Origin: a virus
Lineage: Duplodnaviria; Caudoviricetes
IMG/VR virus record: IMGVR_UViG_3300034101_000800
Location: 1-55,177 of that record
Length of the DNA stretch: 55,177 nt
Strand: one strand, 5' to 3'
In this document: one piece after another, positions 1 through 8,925 of the stretch
How the letters are laid out: each line of letters begins with the position of its first letter
Position numbering within the stretch: position 1 is the stretch's first letter
The notes under the pieces: generated by a model
What the model saw: only the letters and a program-made list of their open reading frames with translations
Database searches by the model: none
What the model was told of the DNA's origin: nothing
Position numbers and translations under genes: made by a program

Positions 1-2232
1 CTTCTTGTATAGAGTGGCTGAGTCTGCGTACTTGTCCATACCCTTCACCCCGCGAGGGAACGCAATTGCTTGCGGAGGCATCTGATTGAACTCGGCGCGG
101 AACGATTCGATGTGCTGAATCACGGTTTCCTGATCGGTTGTAAGGATCAAATTGATTGCCTTGGTAAGCGCATCGCGCACAACCTGTGGAGTAGACGAGC
201 GAGTAGTTTCGATACCCATGATCTTGAGAGCAGGCTTGGCGTAACGCACACCCTCAGAGTCATGCACATTCAGAATGTAACGCTTCTTGGCAGTCCAAAT
301 ACCTGCGTCAGCGATCACCTCGCGCTTCATCACCATCTTGTTTGAGTAGGCATTCATGTACCGTGCCAGAGAGTCGTACTGAGACTCAATATACGGTTCA
401 ATCTTGTCTTCCACGCACTTGTGCAGGAAGTTCACAATCTTGGTGTGGTCTGCTCCGTTTGGAAACACCCGCTTCACAAGCGCACCCATACGCAGATACA
501 CGGAGTCTGTGTCTGAGGCAACCACATAGTCAACGCCTGTGGTTTTCAGCAAGTCATTCATGTACTGATTCAGCGCGTTCTCAATCCACCGAATGCTGAG
601 TTGCCCCGAAAGCGTAATCGCTTCTGCTTGCCTGATGTCAAAGAAGCGGAAGTACTCGTTACCAAGTGCGCCGTAAGCGGAGTTCAGCGCGATCTTGAGT
701 GCCATTTGCTTGGTGGAGTAGTACGCAATCTTGTTCTCTGCTTCTCGTTTTGCGGCAGGATCGGTCAGCGTTTCCTTGTGCTTCTTGGCAGCAATCATAC
801 CCGCCTTTGCTGCCTTGCGATCCTCGTACATACGATCCATCAGCGCAGGCAAGAATCCCTGCTTGTCCTTGCGGAAGCATTGTCCGTTTGCCGCCATGGC
901 GTATCCAAGACCAGGCAGATGCGAGGTGTCTACCTTGCGAACAAGCAGATCGTCTACCGTGCTTGCCTTGCTCATCCCGATGTGGTTCACAATGGTATCG
1001 GGCGAGATGTTGTACTGCATGATAAGGTGCGGATACAGCGAGTTCAAGTCAAGCGATACCACCCAATCGTGTCTACCAAGCAGAGGAGTCTTCACATACG
1101 CGCCAGCGTACTGGAAGTCTTTGCGCGAATCCTTCTTCATGGGAATCACAGTCTTGTTGTCCATCAGGTACGAATGGATAAGGCAGTCCCATGTACGCAC
1201 CTGAGAGAACACATCTTCGTAGTTGCACTTGGCAAGATACGCAATCGACAGTTGCAGTTCGATTAGTTTCAGTTTGTCGTCCAGGCGCCGTACAAGCGCA
1301 ACATCCTTGATGTTGTACTCTACGAATCGCTTAAAGTTCTGCTTGTAGAAGTCTGACATGGAGCCAAACTCCTCATACGACAATTTGCGTTCACCTAGTT
1401 CCACAAAGGCGATATGATCAAGTTTGTAACTCTCTTGGGTTACAAAGGTGTACTGCTTGTACAACTCAAAGTAGTCAAGTGATGAGATGCCCACCAGTTC
1501 GTAGCAGATAGTCTCGCGCTGCTTGATAACAACGCGCTTCTCTTTCACTTTACGCCACGGTGACAACCGCAGCACATCGCGCTCGCCGAGGACACGAACA
1601 ATACGATTATGCAGATACGGCAGATCAAAGAATCGTGTGTTCCATCCCGTGATTACATCGGGTGGATTCTGCTCCCAATACTCCAAGAATGCCTCGAGCA
1701 GGTCTTGCTCTCGCGTGAAAGTATGAAGTTCCACGGGAGCGTCTGTGTCCAAATCACCAGGCACATCTCCAAGCGCCCAACAATGGTAGCGATCCTTGCG
1801 CCACAAGGTGATGACATTAATCTCTTCGTTTGGGTCTTCAGGTAGAGGAAACCCTGACTCACAGGTGGTTTCGATGTCGATTACAACAACATCAATGTGA
1901 TCCATCGACCACGGAATGTCGTCTTTCCAATGCTGGCGAGTGTAGTCGTAGGCAAACTGATACTGGTACTGCGTGTTTCCGAAAATCTCGAAACCCTGCA
2001 CACCCTCGTACTGATCCAAGAACTCCCTGCAATCACGCACGGTGCCTGGTAGCACAGGCTCAACCCGCTTGCCGTCCACGGTGCGATACTGAGCGCCTGG
2101 TTTATTGCTAGGCACCCAAAGCGTTGGTTGGTATTCTTGTGTCTCAGTAAAGCGCAATCCTGTTGCGGAGTCTACACCGCGCAACAGGATGCGATTGCCA
2201 AGCAGAGAAATGTTGGTGTAGTACTTGCTCAT
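1..2232 (-). CDS. gp43: DNA polymerase, family B (T4 gp43-like); 3' end runs off the left edge
   Basis: Not in the ORF track (no stop in window). Manual translation from ATG 2232 (MSKYYTNISLLGNRILLRG) shows ExoI DIET, ExoII GWNTRFFDLPY, motif A SLDLNSLYPH, motif B KIALNSAYGALG, motif C DTDS and IAFPRGV in one frame. Confidence 0.97.
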   Translation of the reverse strand, partial: MSKYYTNISLLGNRILLRGVDSATGLRFTETQEYQPTLWVPSNKPGAQYRTVDGKRVEPVLPGTVRDCREFLDQYEGVQGFEIFGNTQYQYQFAYDYTRQHWKDDIPWSMDHIDVVVIDIETTCESGFPLPEDPNEEINVITLWRKDRYHCWALGDVPGDLDTDAPVELHTFTREQDLLEAFLEYWEQNPPDVITGWNTRFFDLPYLHNRIVRVLGERDVLRLSPWRKVKEKRVVIKQRETICYELVGISSLDYFELYKQYTFVTQESYKLDHIAFVELGERKLSYEEFGSMSDFYKQNFKRFVEYNIKDVALVRRLDDKLKLIELQLSIAYLAKCNYEDVFSQVRTWDCLIHSYLMDNKTVIPMKKDSRKDFQYAGAYVKTPLLGRHDWVVSLDLNSLYPHLIMQYNISPDTIVNHIGMSKASTVDDLLVRKVDTSHLPGLGYAMAANGQCFRKDKQGFLPALMDRMYEDRKAAKAGMIAAKKHKETLTDPAAKREAENKIAYYSTKQMALKIALNSAYGALGNEYFRFFDIRQAEAITLSGQLSIRWIENALNQYMNDLLKTTGVDYVVASDTDSVYLRMGALVKRVFPNGADHTKIVNFLHKCVEDKIEPYIESQYDSLARYMNAYSNKMVMKREVIADAGIWTAKKRYILNVHDSEGVRYAKPALKIMGIETTRSSTPQVVRDALTKAINLILTTDQETVIQHIESFRAEFNQMPPQAIAFPRGVKGMDKYADSATLYKK

Positions 2233-2240
2233 ACTTCATA

Positions 2241-2268
2241 AGCATAGCACATAAACCGTACTATGCAA
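2241..2268 (-). promoter_or_regulatory. sigma70-like promoter TTGCAT-N16-TATGCT (extended -10 TG), 8 nt before the gp43 ATG
   Basis: Read on the reverse complement; same geometry as seven other promoters in the window. Confidence 0.6.
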
Positions 2269-2269
2269 G

Positions 2270-2671
2270 TCACTTCATCGCTTTCTTCACCTTGTTCCAA
2301 TACTTGGTTGTCGCTGCTTTCTTGTGTCCTCGCGGGCCGCCATTGTGAATGCGGGCAAGAGTTTCATCTGAAGCATTGGCAGGAGCGTACCGATCCATGT
2401 ACGCTATCACGATGCGGCGAGCGTACTCAGGATCACGGCAGTCCTCGTAGCAACCACCGATGCTCGGATCGTGCTGTACTGCATCTTGCCAGTACACACG
2501 CCAAATCTGAAACACTCCAATGGCCTTGCCGCCGTCGCCGACTACATTGGGATTGTTACCTGATTCCACCGTTGCGATGGCGTCGAGCAACCGTTCTGAC
2601 GGCGGCGCGGCATTAGCAGAGCAAACAATGACGGAGATGCTGGCAGCAACCAATAGCAGAGAGCGAATCAT
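2270..2671 (-). CDS. Secreted lysozyme-superfamily protein (SLT / i-type destabilase-like muramidase or transglycosylase)
   Basis: Signal-like N-terminus ending SANA; AIATVESG (catalytic Glu), GVFQI..YW.D and LARIHNGGP motifs. Confidence 0.8.
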   Translation of the reverse strand: MIRSLLLVAASISVIVCSANAAPPSERLLDAIATVESGNNPNVVGDGGKAIGVFQIWRVYWQDAVQHDPSIGGCYEDCRDPEYARRIVIAYMDRYAPANASDETLARIHNGGPRGHKKAATTKYWNKVKKAMK

Positions 2672-2677
2672 GTAGGT

Positions 2678-2705
2678 AGTATACTACCTGAATCAGTAGA
2701 GTCAA
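2678..2705 (-). promoter_or_regulatory. sigma70-like promoter TTGACT-N16-TATACT, 6 nt before the ATG (leaderless)
   Basis: Near-consensus hexamers in an intergenic gap; no Shine-Dalgarno between the -10 and the ATG. Confidence 0.75.
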
Positions 2706-2729
2706 GCCAGATTCTAAATGCCATTTCAT

Positions 2730-3707
2730 TTATTTTGTTGAGTCTTCGTGAGTTCTTTTCATCAAAGCAGGCCAATTGGCTGTATCGTAATTGCCTGTGT
2801 CTACCGCTATGAAACTATTTGGCAACAGACCCTCTGAATATAGGTCCGTTAAGAACTTCTGTTCATTTACATTACTGTTAGGGTGATCGTAAAGAAGGTT
2901 ATCATTACAAACAGATGAAACATAGTTTGGAAAGTGTTCCTTATAGACAGACATCGCCGCCACTACTCCTTCGCGTGTTCCACCAAATAATCCAGCAGCA
3001 ATGCGGCCGCCCGACCACATAAACAAGCATTCACCTGGCCTATTTATCATCGTGTCGTGCATATTGGTGTAATATGATCCACTTGCTATTTGTAGGATAT
3101 CATCTACAGATTTACCACTTTGCAGTCCACCAGAAGTTGCATTGCTAGTCCACATAGCAGTATCAATCCAATACACTTGATCTGTGTTGCACTCTAAAGC
3201 ACTATCTAATAACAGATTTGGTTTTTCACAGGTTACTATAGTGTAGTATGGTGTTTGAACTTCTCGGGCGCAAATCGCTGTGTTAAATATACCCGTGTTG
3301 TGTTGTTTTTGCAAAAATCGTTCATGTGGTATCAATGCTGACGAATCTAAATCATAGTACTTAATTTTAGCGGTGTTCCATACCTCTTGAACAGATAGTC
3401 TGCAATCTACAGTCGGAAACACCCTATGTGGATCAGAAATGAATTGGTTTTCCTCCATTCGCAATATGTGTTCAGTATATGGGTCTGTCCATAACACAAG
3501 ATCACAGTTTGCTTCTTTCGCAATCTTGCCGAGACACATCAATCCAAAATTCCAACCATTTATAGAACCCCGTCCGTAAATAGGATTCGCTGTTTTTCCG
3601 GCTGTAGATAGTCTATAGTCGCCAATAGTTATCATGCCAGATTCTCTATAGGTTGGCAACAACCAAATAGCACTAACAATTGTTCCTTGTTTTTGGTTCA
3701 TATTCAT
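2730..3707 (-). CDS. HtrL/YibB (WlaTC)-like glycosyltransferase
   Basis: TIVSAIW N-terminal strand, YWID, IAAGLFGG and NEQ motifs, paralleling the N-terminal domain of 7281..8915. Confidence 0.6.
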   Translation of the reverse strand: MNMNQKQGTIVSAIWLLPTYRESGMITIGDYRLSTAGKTANPIYGRGSINGWNFGLMCLGKIAKEANCDLVLWTDPYTEHILRMEENQFISDPHRVFPTVDCRLSVQEVWNTAKIKYYDLDSSALIPHERFLQKQHNTGIFNTAICAREVQTPYYTIVTCEKPNLLLDSALECNTDQVYWIDTAMWTSNATSGGLQSGKSVDDILQIASGSYYTNMHDTMINRPGECLFMWSGGRIAAGLFGGTREGVVAAMSVYKEHFPNYVSSVCNDNLLYDHPNSNVNEQKFLTDLYSEGLLPNSFIAVDTGNYDTANWPALMKRTHEDSTK

Positions 3708-4327
3708 ATAAGTATATCTCTCTTTCCGAATAGGATATCTTCTTGAGATAGTTTACAATCGTGGTAATGCTTTTCAACAACATCAATCTGTACAAAACCA
3801 ACAGAGTTCAAATACTCAACAACATCTTTTTGTGTAGGACATCCAATGTTGTATTGATTGACATCAGTTTCAACTAGAACAAGTTTTGCGCTTTTCAGTA
3901 CAGCATTACATCCCTTTAAAATATCTAGTTCACTTCCTTGAGTATCGAGTTTTATCATATCAAATGCAACTGTATCTGCGCGATGTGCTGTAAGAATAGC
4001 GTCCATAGTATCAGTATCAACCAGTTCTACAGTCACATTATCTTCTGAAAAATAATGAGTGTTTTCAAGATACAACGAGTTTCCACTACATCTCGGTTCA
4101 TTTGTCCTTTTGTAAAACTTGCGTGTATCTTTTTTATCAGATGGACAAGCAATGATGTAATTCAATCCAACATTCTGCAATGAAAATTCACATTCTCTAT
4201 TTGCTTCTATGCATAGGATGTATATGTTGGGATGCTGCGTTAAAACTTCGAGGGCAAACTGTCCTACATTTGCTCCTATGTCAAGAACACTTTTGATGTT
4301 GTAGAGATCAATATAACTGTGGTTCAT
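3704..4327 (-). CDS. FkbM-family SAM-dependent methyltransferase
   Basis: VLDIGANVG, IEAN and IKLDTQGSEL motifs. Confidence 0.92.
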   Translation of the reverse strand: MNHSYIDLYNIKSVLDIGANVGQFALEVLTQHPNIYILCIEANRECEFSLQNVGLNYIIACPSDKKDTRKFYKRTNEPRCSGNSLYLENTHYFSEDNVTVELVDTDTMDAILTAHRADTVAFDMIKLDTQGSELDILKGCNAVLKSAKLVLVETDVNQYNIGCPTQKDVVEYLNSVGFVQIDVVEKHYHDCKLSQEDILFGKRDILI

Positions 4328-4358
4328 TTTACATTCTCATTTACTAGCGGCTCCAGTA

Positions 4359-4386
4359 AGTATACTACAGAAATCAGAAGAGGCGA
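4359..4386 (-). promoter_or_regulatory. Putative promoter TCGCCT-N16-TATACT upstream of the FkbM gene
   Basis: Same -10 as the other promoters; the spacer shares CTGATT...GTAG with the 2678-2705 promoter; weak -35. Confidence 0.45.
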
Positions 4387-4398
4387 GTCATGCTGATA

Positions 4399-5034
4399 TC
4401 AATCTTCTACTAGACGGTTAAAGTAGCCCATCACCGCCGCAGTACCGGGGCCCATGTAATCGTCGTTTGCTATCTCCATTTCAAACGAATCCGACCAAAA
4501 AAAACTCAAATCAGAAGTTTGTTCAATATCTCGTCCCTGAAAAATACGACTTGCAATGTCTGTGTATTCTACAAAAGGAAGTTTCGGATATGCAACGAAT
4601 CTATTTCCCTCTTTGTTAAAGATCCAACGATGGTGAATCCACCCAAAATACGATCCTTCATGCCTAGTCATCTCTTTGAATTTTGATGGAACCGCAATAT
4701 AGCCCCCATTAGCAATCTTGGGTAACAATTCACACACTAAGCCTGGATTACAAATGTCCTCTAATGTATGAGTACATATTGCGAAATCATATTTCCCATT
4801 TTTATCCACATCATCTAATATCTTGCTCCATAGTTCATAGGAACAAATGTTTCCCAAAAATGAAATTAGATTGCTATTCGGATGCTGATTTATATCAGCA
4901 TAGTGCGTTATGAAGGGAGATGACCACCCATACCCCGATGCACCAATGTCTATGACTCTTTTGTGTTTTGACTGTGAAAGATATTCATAGACCTCGCTTA
5001 CATATCCATTGCCATACTTAAAGTTGTGTATCAT
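4399..5034 (-). CDS. Class I SAM-dependent methyltransferase-like protein
   Basis: VIDIGASG, DFAICTHTLEDI, GYIAVP and HHRW motifs; start moved to ATG 5034 behind AAGGAG. Confidence 0.75.
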   Translation of the reverse strand: MIHNFKYGNGYVSEVYEYLSQSKHKRVIDIGASGYGWSSPFITHYADINQHPNSNLISFLGNICSYELWSKILDDVDKNGKYDFAICTHTLEDICNPGLVCELLPKIANGGYIAVPSKFKEMTRHEGSYFGWIHHRWIFNKEGNRFVAYPKLPFVEYTDIASRIFQGRDIEQTSDLSFFWSDSFEMEIANDDYMGPGTAAVMGYFNRLVED

Positions 5035-5089
5035 GTGTTTCTCTCCTTTGCGAGTCTCGCAGACCACTGCCTAGTGATTCTAATAGTTC

Positions 5090-5857
5090 TCATCGTGTCT
5101 CCAACTGCCTAATGTTGCAGGCTTCTGTAAGTTTGATTGTTTCTTCTCCCCATGGACCATTGTCGTGTATGACATACGCGGAGGCATCTATACCAATTGG
5201 ATTTCCAAGGTGATCTAAAACAGTCTTGTCTTTAGATAGATGGGTGCTGAAGAATAGTCTCTGATCCTCATCAAGCACTATGTCTGCTTTCTTAAGCAAA
5301 TACAGAGTTGCCCAAATACCCTGATCGTCCCCAGCGAAGGAGACATTAGGATCATCAGAATCAACCGCATACTGCAATGCAGAGATGATTGCAGTTGTTT
5401 TTCCTATCATGCATCCCGAATTCAAGTATTTGTATGAAGTAGAGGCTCCTATAGTTTCATACAGATGATTGTATGGTGTAGGCGGCCACAACCCCTTTTC
5501 TGCACACATCACAATGTCGTGTCCGTATTTCAAATACTCATCAAGCATCCCATCTACATTCTTGGTAAAGTTAGTGTCGGTTGCATCTAAAAACAAAGTG
5601 TACTCGTATTTCGATTGGATTTCAGTCAGGTACTCTAGATGCTTGTGTATCTTATACCATCGAAGTTTAGACATAAGAGACTCGTAGACATTATTTGACC
5701 ATGAGCATGGTGGAGAAACCCCATCACTATTGTAGCGTTGAACATGGATATCCGTTTGATATAGTCCCCTCTCAATACCAGTTTTGCAAAAACTAGGTTC
5801 ATAGGTGGATGGATAATCGAACAAAACTGTAGTGATAAGTAAACTCATGTTCATCAA
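5090..5857 (-). CDS. PLOD (procollagen lysyl hydroxylase) glycosyltransferase-domain-like protein
   Basis: LFLDATD, AEKGLWP, YKYLNSGCMIG, DDQ, LDEDQRLF and IHDNG match the PLOD1-3 N-terminal GT domain pattern. Confidence 0.8.
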   Translation of the reverse strand: MMNMSLLITTVLFDYPSTYEPSFCKTGIERGLYQTDIHVQRYNSDGVSPPCSWSNNVYESLMSKLRWYKIHKHLEYLTEIQSKYEYTLFLDATDTNFTKNVDGMLDEYLKYGHDIVMCAEKGLWPPTPYNHLYETIGASTSYKYLNSGCMIGKTTAIISALQYAVDSDDPNVSFAGDDQGIWATLYLLKKADIVLDEDQRLFFSTHLSKDKTVLDHLGNPIGIDASAYVIHDNGPWGEETIKLTEACNIRQLETR

Positions 5858-6627
5858 AACCTCAGTAGTCCTTCCGGCCGTGACGCGGGTGTAAACTTGT
5901 AATAGTCGTTCATAATTCTGAGGGGTATTAGAGAAGTTTTCATACCTGCAACCACAGTAGACATTCCTATCTCAACCCCCTCTGCAAATGCCCATATGTT
6001 CTCTGCTTGACTTTTATTGAAAAGTTCCATCCAGTTTGCACAGAACACAGACAACTTATCGTTATTCGCAAAAATCATATACTGTTCATTGCAAACATCA
6101 CCAGCATCATATCTGTCTGTTTCCATTAACCCATAGGCCGGTATCTTATGCCTCCAAAAACACCAATACGATGCTTCTGGTTGTTTTCCCGCACCAATAC
6201 CATGCGGTCTTTCAAAGAGAAAGTCTATGTTCTCCGTCTTCATCAGATTCAATACACGAAGCACACCGCTTTCTTCATAAAGGTCAGTAACTTCCCAATC
6301 TGCATCAACGAATATGATGTAATCAGAATCTTTGCATAGTTGATGGCTTTTTAAGATTGGTCGATGTTTAACATTGTAGTTAAACTGATCTGTGTAATAT
6401 CCATCTGGCATATTGAACAACCTGTAATCCGGCTCAATGATGTCAAAATGTATCTTCGGACTGATCTTATCTAAGTCTATGCCTTCTAGTGAAGATTCAT
6501 CCGTAGTTATCACAGAACACTTGTGATTGGAATACTTAGAAACCTTATCATGGAACAACAAAGCGGACGAGAGATACGTTTTACCTATGGCTACTGTGCA
6601 GTATGTGTATGTTAGTGCAGTCATCAA
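5854..6627 (-). CDS. Putative GT-A fold glycosyltransferase
   Basis: TVAIGKTY strand, FNYNVK, IIFVDAD (DxD) and a late EG; located in the GT cluster. Confidence 0.55.
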   Translation of the reverse strand: MMTALTYTYCTVAIGKTYLSSALLFHDKVSKYSNHKCSVITTDESSLEGIDLDKISPKIHFDIIEPDYRLFNMPDGYYTDQFNYNVKHRPILKSHQLCKDSDYIIFVDADWEVTDLYEESGVLRVLNLMKTENIDFLFERPHGIGAGKQPEASYWCFWRHKIPAYGLMETDRYDAGDVCNEQYMIFANNDKLSVFCANWMELFNKSQAENIWAFAEGVEIGMSTVVAGMKTSLIPLRIMNDYYKFTPASRPEGLLRF

Positions 6628-7268
6628 CCGCCTCCTTTTCTCTTACAAACCCACACAGCATTTGAAAACTCTTCATGCATGAAAGAAACAAGATTTTGTG
6701 CGATACAGGTTTCGGAAATATCATCATCAGTAATCTCACACCAGTTCCACAACTTGCCATTTATCTGTGTATCAAACACATCTATGTTGGGAGCATAATC
6801 ATGCGCAAGTATGATATCTCCAGGCTTCAAATGTTTTGCAGCACTATTAAACTCATGTTTCTTACTACCACCATCACACAACACAACAGTCGTTCCTTCT
6901 TGCTTGATGAAATCAATAGACTCTTGGCATATACCGCTTTCTAATACACCATTCTCCCATATAGACTTGGTTCTATAATCTGCAACTCCTTTAGCCTGCA
7001 AATCATCAAACCATGAATGTCGGGTAATGTCATATGTAACTATATCAAGAGGAAGGTCTATTTCTTGAGATATCTGTCTGAAGAATTCTGTTAGGCCTCC
7101 CAAAGCGGTTCCTATTTCTAGAATTCGCTTTGGTCTAACAGACTCTAACAAATTTGCAAATGCCAAGGGAGCATATTGATTTTGCTGTGCAGCAAGACCG
7201 TTTATAGTCATCAATCCTTGGTTTTCGTTTAGATTAGGTCCTACAATAGTGTATTTGTCAATGTTCAT
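6624..7268 (-). CDS. SAM-dependent methyltransferase (Methyltransf_24/CmcI-like)
   Basis: RPKRILEIGTALGG, LCDGG and LKPGDIILAHDY motifs. Confidence 0.8.
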   Translation of the reverse strand: MNIDKYTIVGPNLNENQGLMTINGLAAQQNQYAPLAFANLLESVRPKRILEIGTALGGLTEFFRQISQEIDLPLDIVTYDITRHSWFDDLQAKGVADYRTKSIWENGVLESGICQESIDFIKQEGTTVVLCDGGSKKHEFNSAAKHLKPGDIILAHDYAPNIDVFDTQINGKLWNWCEITDDDISETCIAQNLVSFMHEEFSNAVWVCKRKGGG

Positions 7269-7280
7269 TGCTATCCTTTC

Positions 7281-8915
7281 TTATAAGTTTTCTTTCCTCT
7301 GCTTACCATCATAGTGAAATGCTCTATTATGGTTGATAGGACTGCTTAGTAGACAACCTGCTCGGATCTTTCCTTCAGATATCAGTTGATGTACATGACT
7401 CATCCATGTTTGCTCATATGGGTATGCCCATTTGGTATCTAGAAACACCTTGCGATTGCCTTCTTTGTTGAACATTACAGGCCAATTACAATAGTGAAAG
7501 TCCCCAACGGCATACGACAATCCATCTACAGAACCAGTATGAGTTATCTTGGTTTTATTACAAACTCCTGCGATCTGTGGGCCTGGAAAGTACTGCTCTT
7601 TCTTGTCAGATGGAAGATTGTGCCAAGACCAATTAAGATGGTTGTCTCCAAAGAATTCTGTAAAACACAATTTCAGATAGTCAAGAGATTCCTTTTCCAT
7701 GATGCTCATACACTTATGAAACAATCTAGAATCGTATCGTATCATTCCGTTCCTACACGGCTCTTCTTCCTTGCCACAAAGCATCATATCATCTTCAAAG
7801 AAGACCATATACTGATGATCAGATTCTTCAAACATTTCTGCAGCAAGTTGTCTAGCACCACATATTCCTAGATTCTCTGGCTTTCTTATCTCCCGAAACG
7901 AATGCTTTTTGTAAAGTGCAGAGAACTCGTCATCGGTTGACATATCTGTAGAATTGTTGATTACATACTTGGAAGCGTGTCTGAAAGTAGAGTCGTGGTT
8001 GCGCGTGGAATCCAACCAAAGCCTGTACTGTGCAGGAATGTTAAAGCACACAGAGTATATACCAAGTTTACTGTCGGTTCTACTCTCTTTTGGTTTCTTG
8101 AGAATACTATCGATCCAAGGCGCTATGAGTCCATTCTCTTCAATCATCTCATATCTGCACAGATCTGGGTGATTGTATGTTAGCAGAGTAAAAATGCTTT
8201 CCTCTGTACCCATCAGTCCTCTACCAAGACTATCAGTCAAGTAAGAATAGTACAGGCCATTCAACTTGTTGATACTATCTTTGGTGCCTCCAAACAACCC
8301 ACCCCTAGCAACCCTACTAACAACTGTTCCTCTGGCGAAATCATTCATGGCAAGTGCATCAAACCCATGTATTTCCCCGTCCGCTTTGTACGGGAAACAC
8401 AGAAACAAAGCAGCACCGTCCATGTACTTTACTACTTCACTTTCAAACTTAGCACCAAGTAGACTGTCATGTACTGTGTTGACTATACCTCCATCAATCC
8501 ACAGAAAATACTTGGTGTTGTATGGGTTGAAAAGCGTTGCGTCATTCAACCAAAACATCTTGGACATCACCAATGGATTGTACAGATCCAATCTTGCTTG
8601 AGTACTTTCCGACAACCATCCCTTTTGGTTATACCAGGCAGGATTGGTACGGATATCCTGAATCTGTTTGTAGAACGGCATCTTCGTTCGTAGATCATCT
8701 GCAGTAACAAACTTCAGAGTAGTGTTGCTTCTGTCTCTATGCTGCCACACAAACTCTTCTAGATCAGGACTAATGTAAAGAAACATCGGGCAAGTAACCG
8801 ATTTCAGTAACTTCCCGAATGTTTCTTTGTAGTGATCAAATGAGCGGGAGAAAGATGTTCCCATCTCTCCACGCCCAATATTAATCAATCCGCTTACTAT
8901 AGTAAGTGTACTCAT
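7281..8915 (-). CDS. Two-domain glycosyltransferase: HtrL/YibB-like N-domain plus GT-A (GT2-like) C-domain
   Basis: N-domain TIVSGLINIGR, SKMFWL, FLWIDGG, RGGLFGG, GTEES; C-domain NLGICGARQ and FFEDD. Confidence 0.75.
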   Translation of the reverse strand: MSTLTIVSGLINIGRGEMGTSFSRSFDHYKETFGKLLKSVTCPMFLYISPDLEEFVWQHRDRSNTTLKFVTADDLRTKMPFYKQIQDIRTNPAWYNQKGWLSESTQARLDLYNPLVMSKMFWLNDATLFNPYNTKYFLWIDGGIVNTVHDSLLGAKFESEVVKYMDGAALFLCFPYKADGEIHGFDALAMNDFARGTVVSRVARGGLFGGTKDSINKLNGLYYSYLTDSLGRGLMGTEESIFTLLTYNHPDLCRYEMIEENGLIAPWIDSILKKPKESRTDSKLGIYSVCFNIPAQYRLWLDSTRNHDSTFRHASKYVINNSTDMSTDDEFSALYKKHSFREIRKPENLGICGARQLAAEMFEESDHQYMVFFEDDMMLCGKEEEPCRNGMIRYDSRLFHKCMSIMEKESLDYLKLCFTEFFGDNHLNWSWHNLPSDKKEQYFPGPQIAGVCNKTKITHTGSVDGLSYAVGDFHYCNWPVMFNKEGNRKVFLDTKWAYPYEQTWMSHVHQLISEGKIRAGCLLSSPINHNRAFHYDGKQRKENL

Positions 8916-8925
8916 GTGAGATTAC

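Noticed and set aside
70-2111. Plus-strand ORFs over the first 2.1 kb
   Set aside because: Antisense to gp43, which the track missed because its stop lies outside the window.
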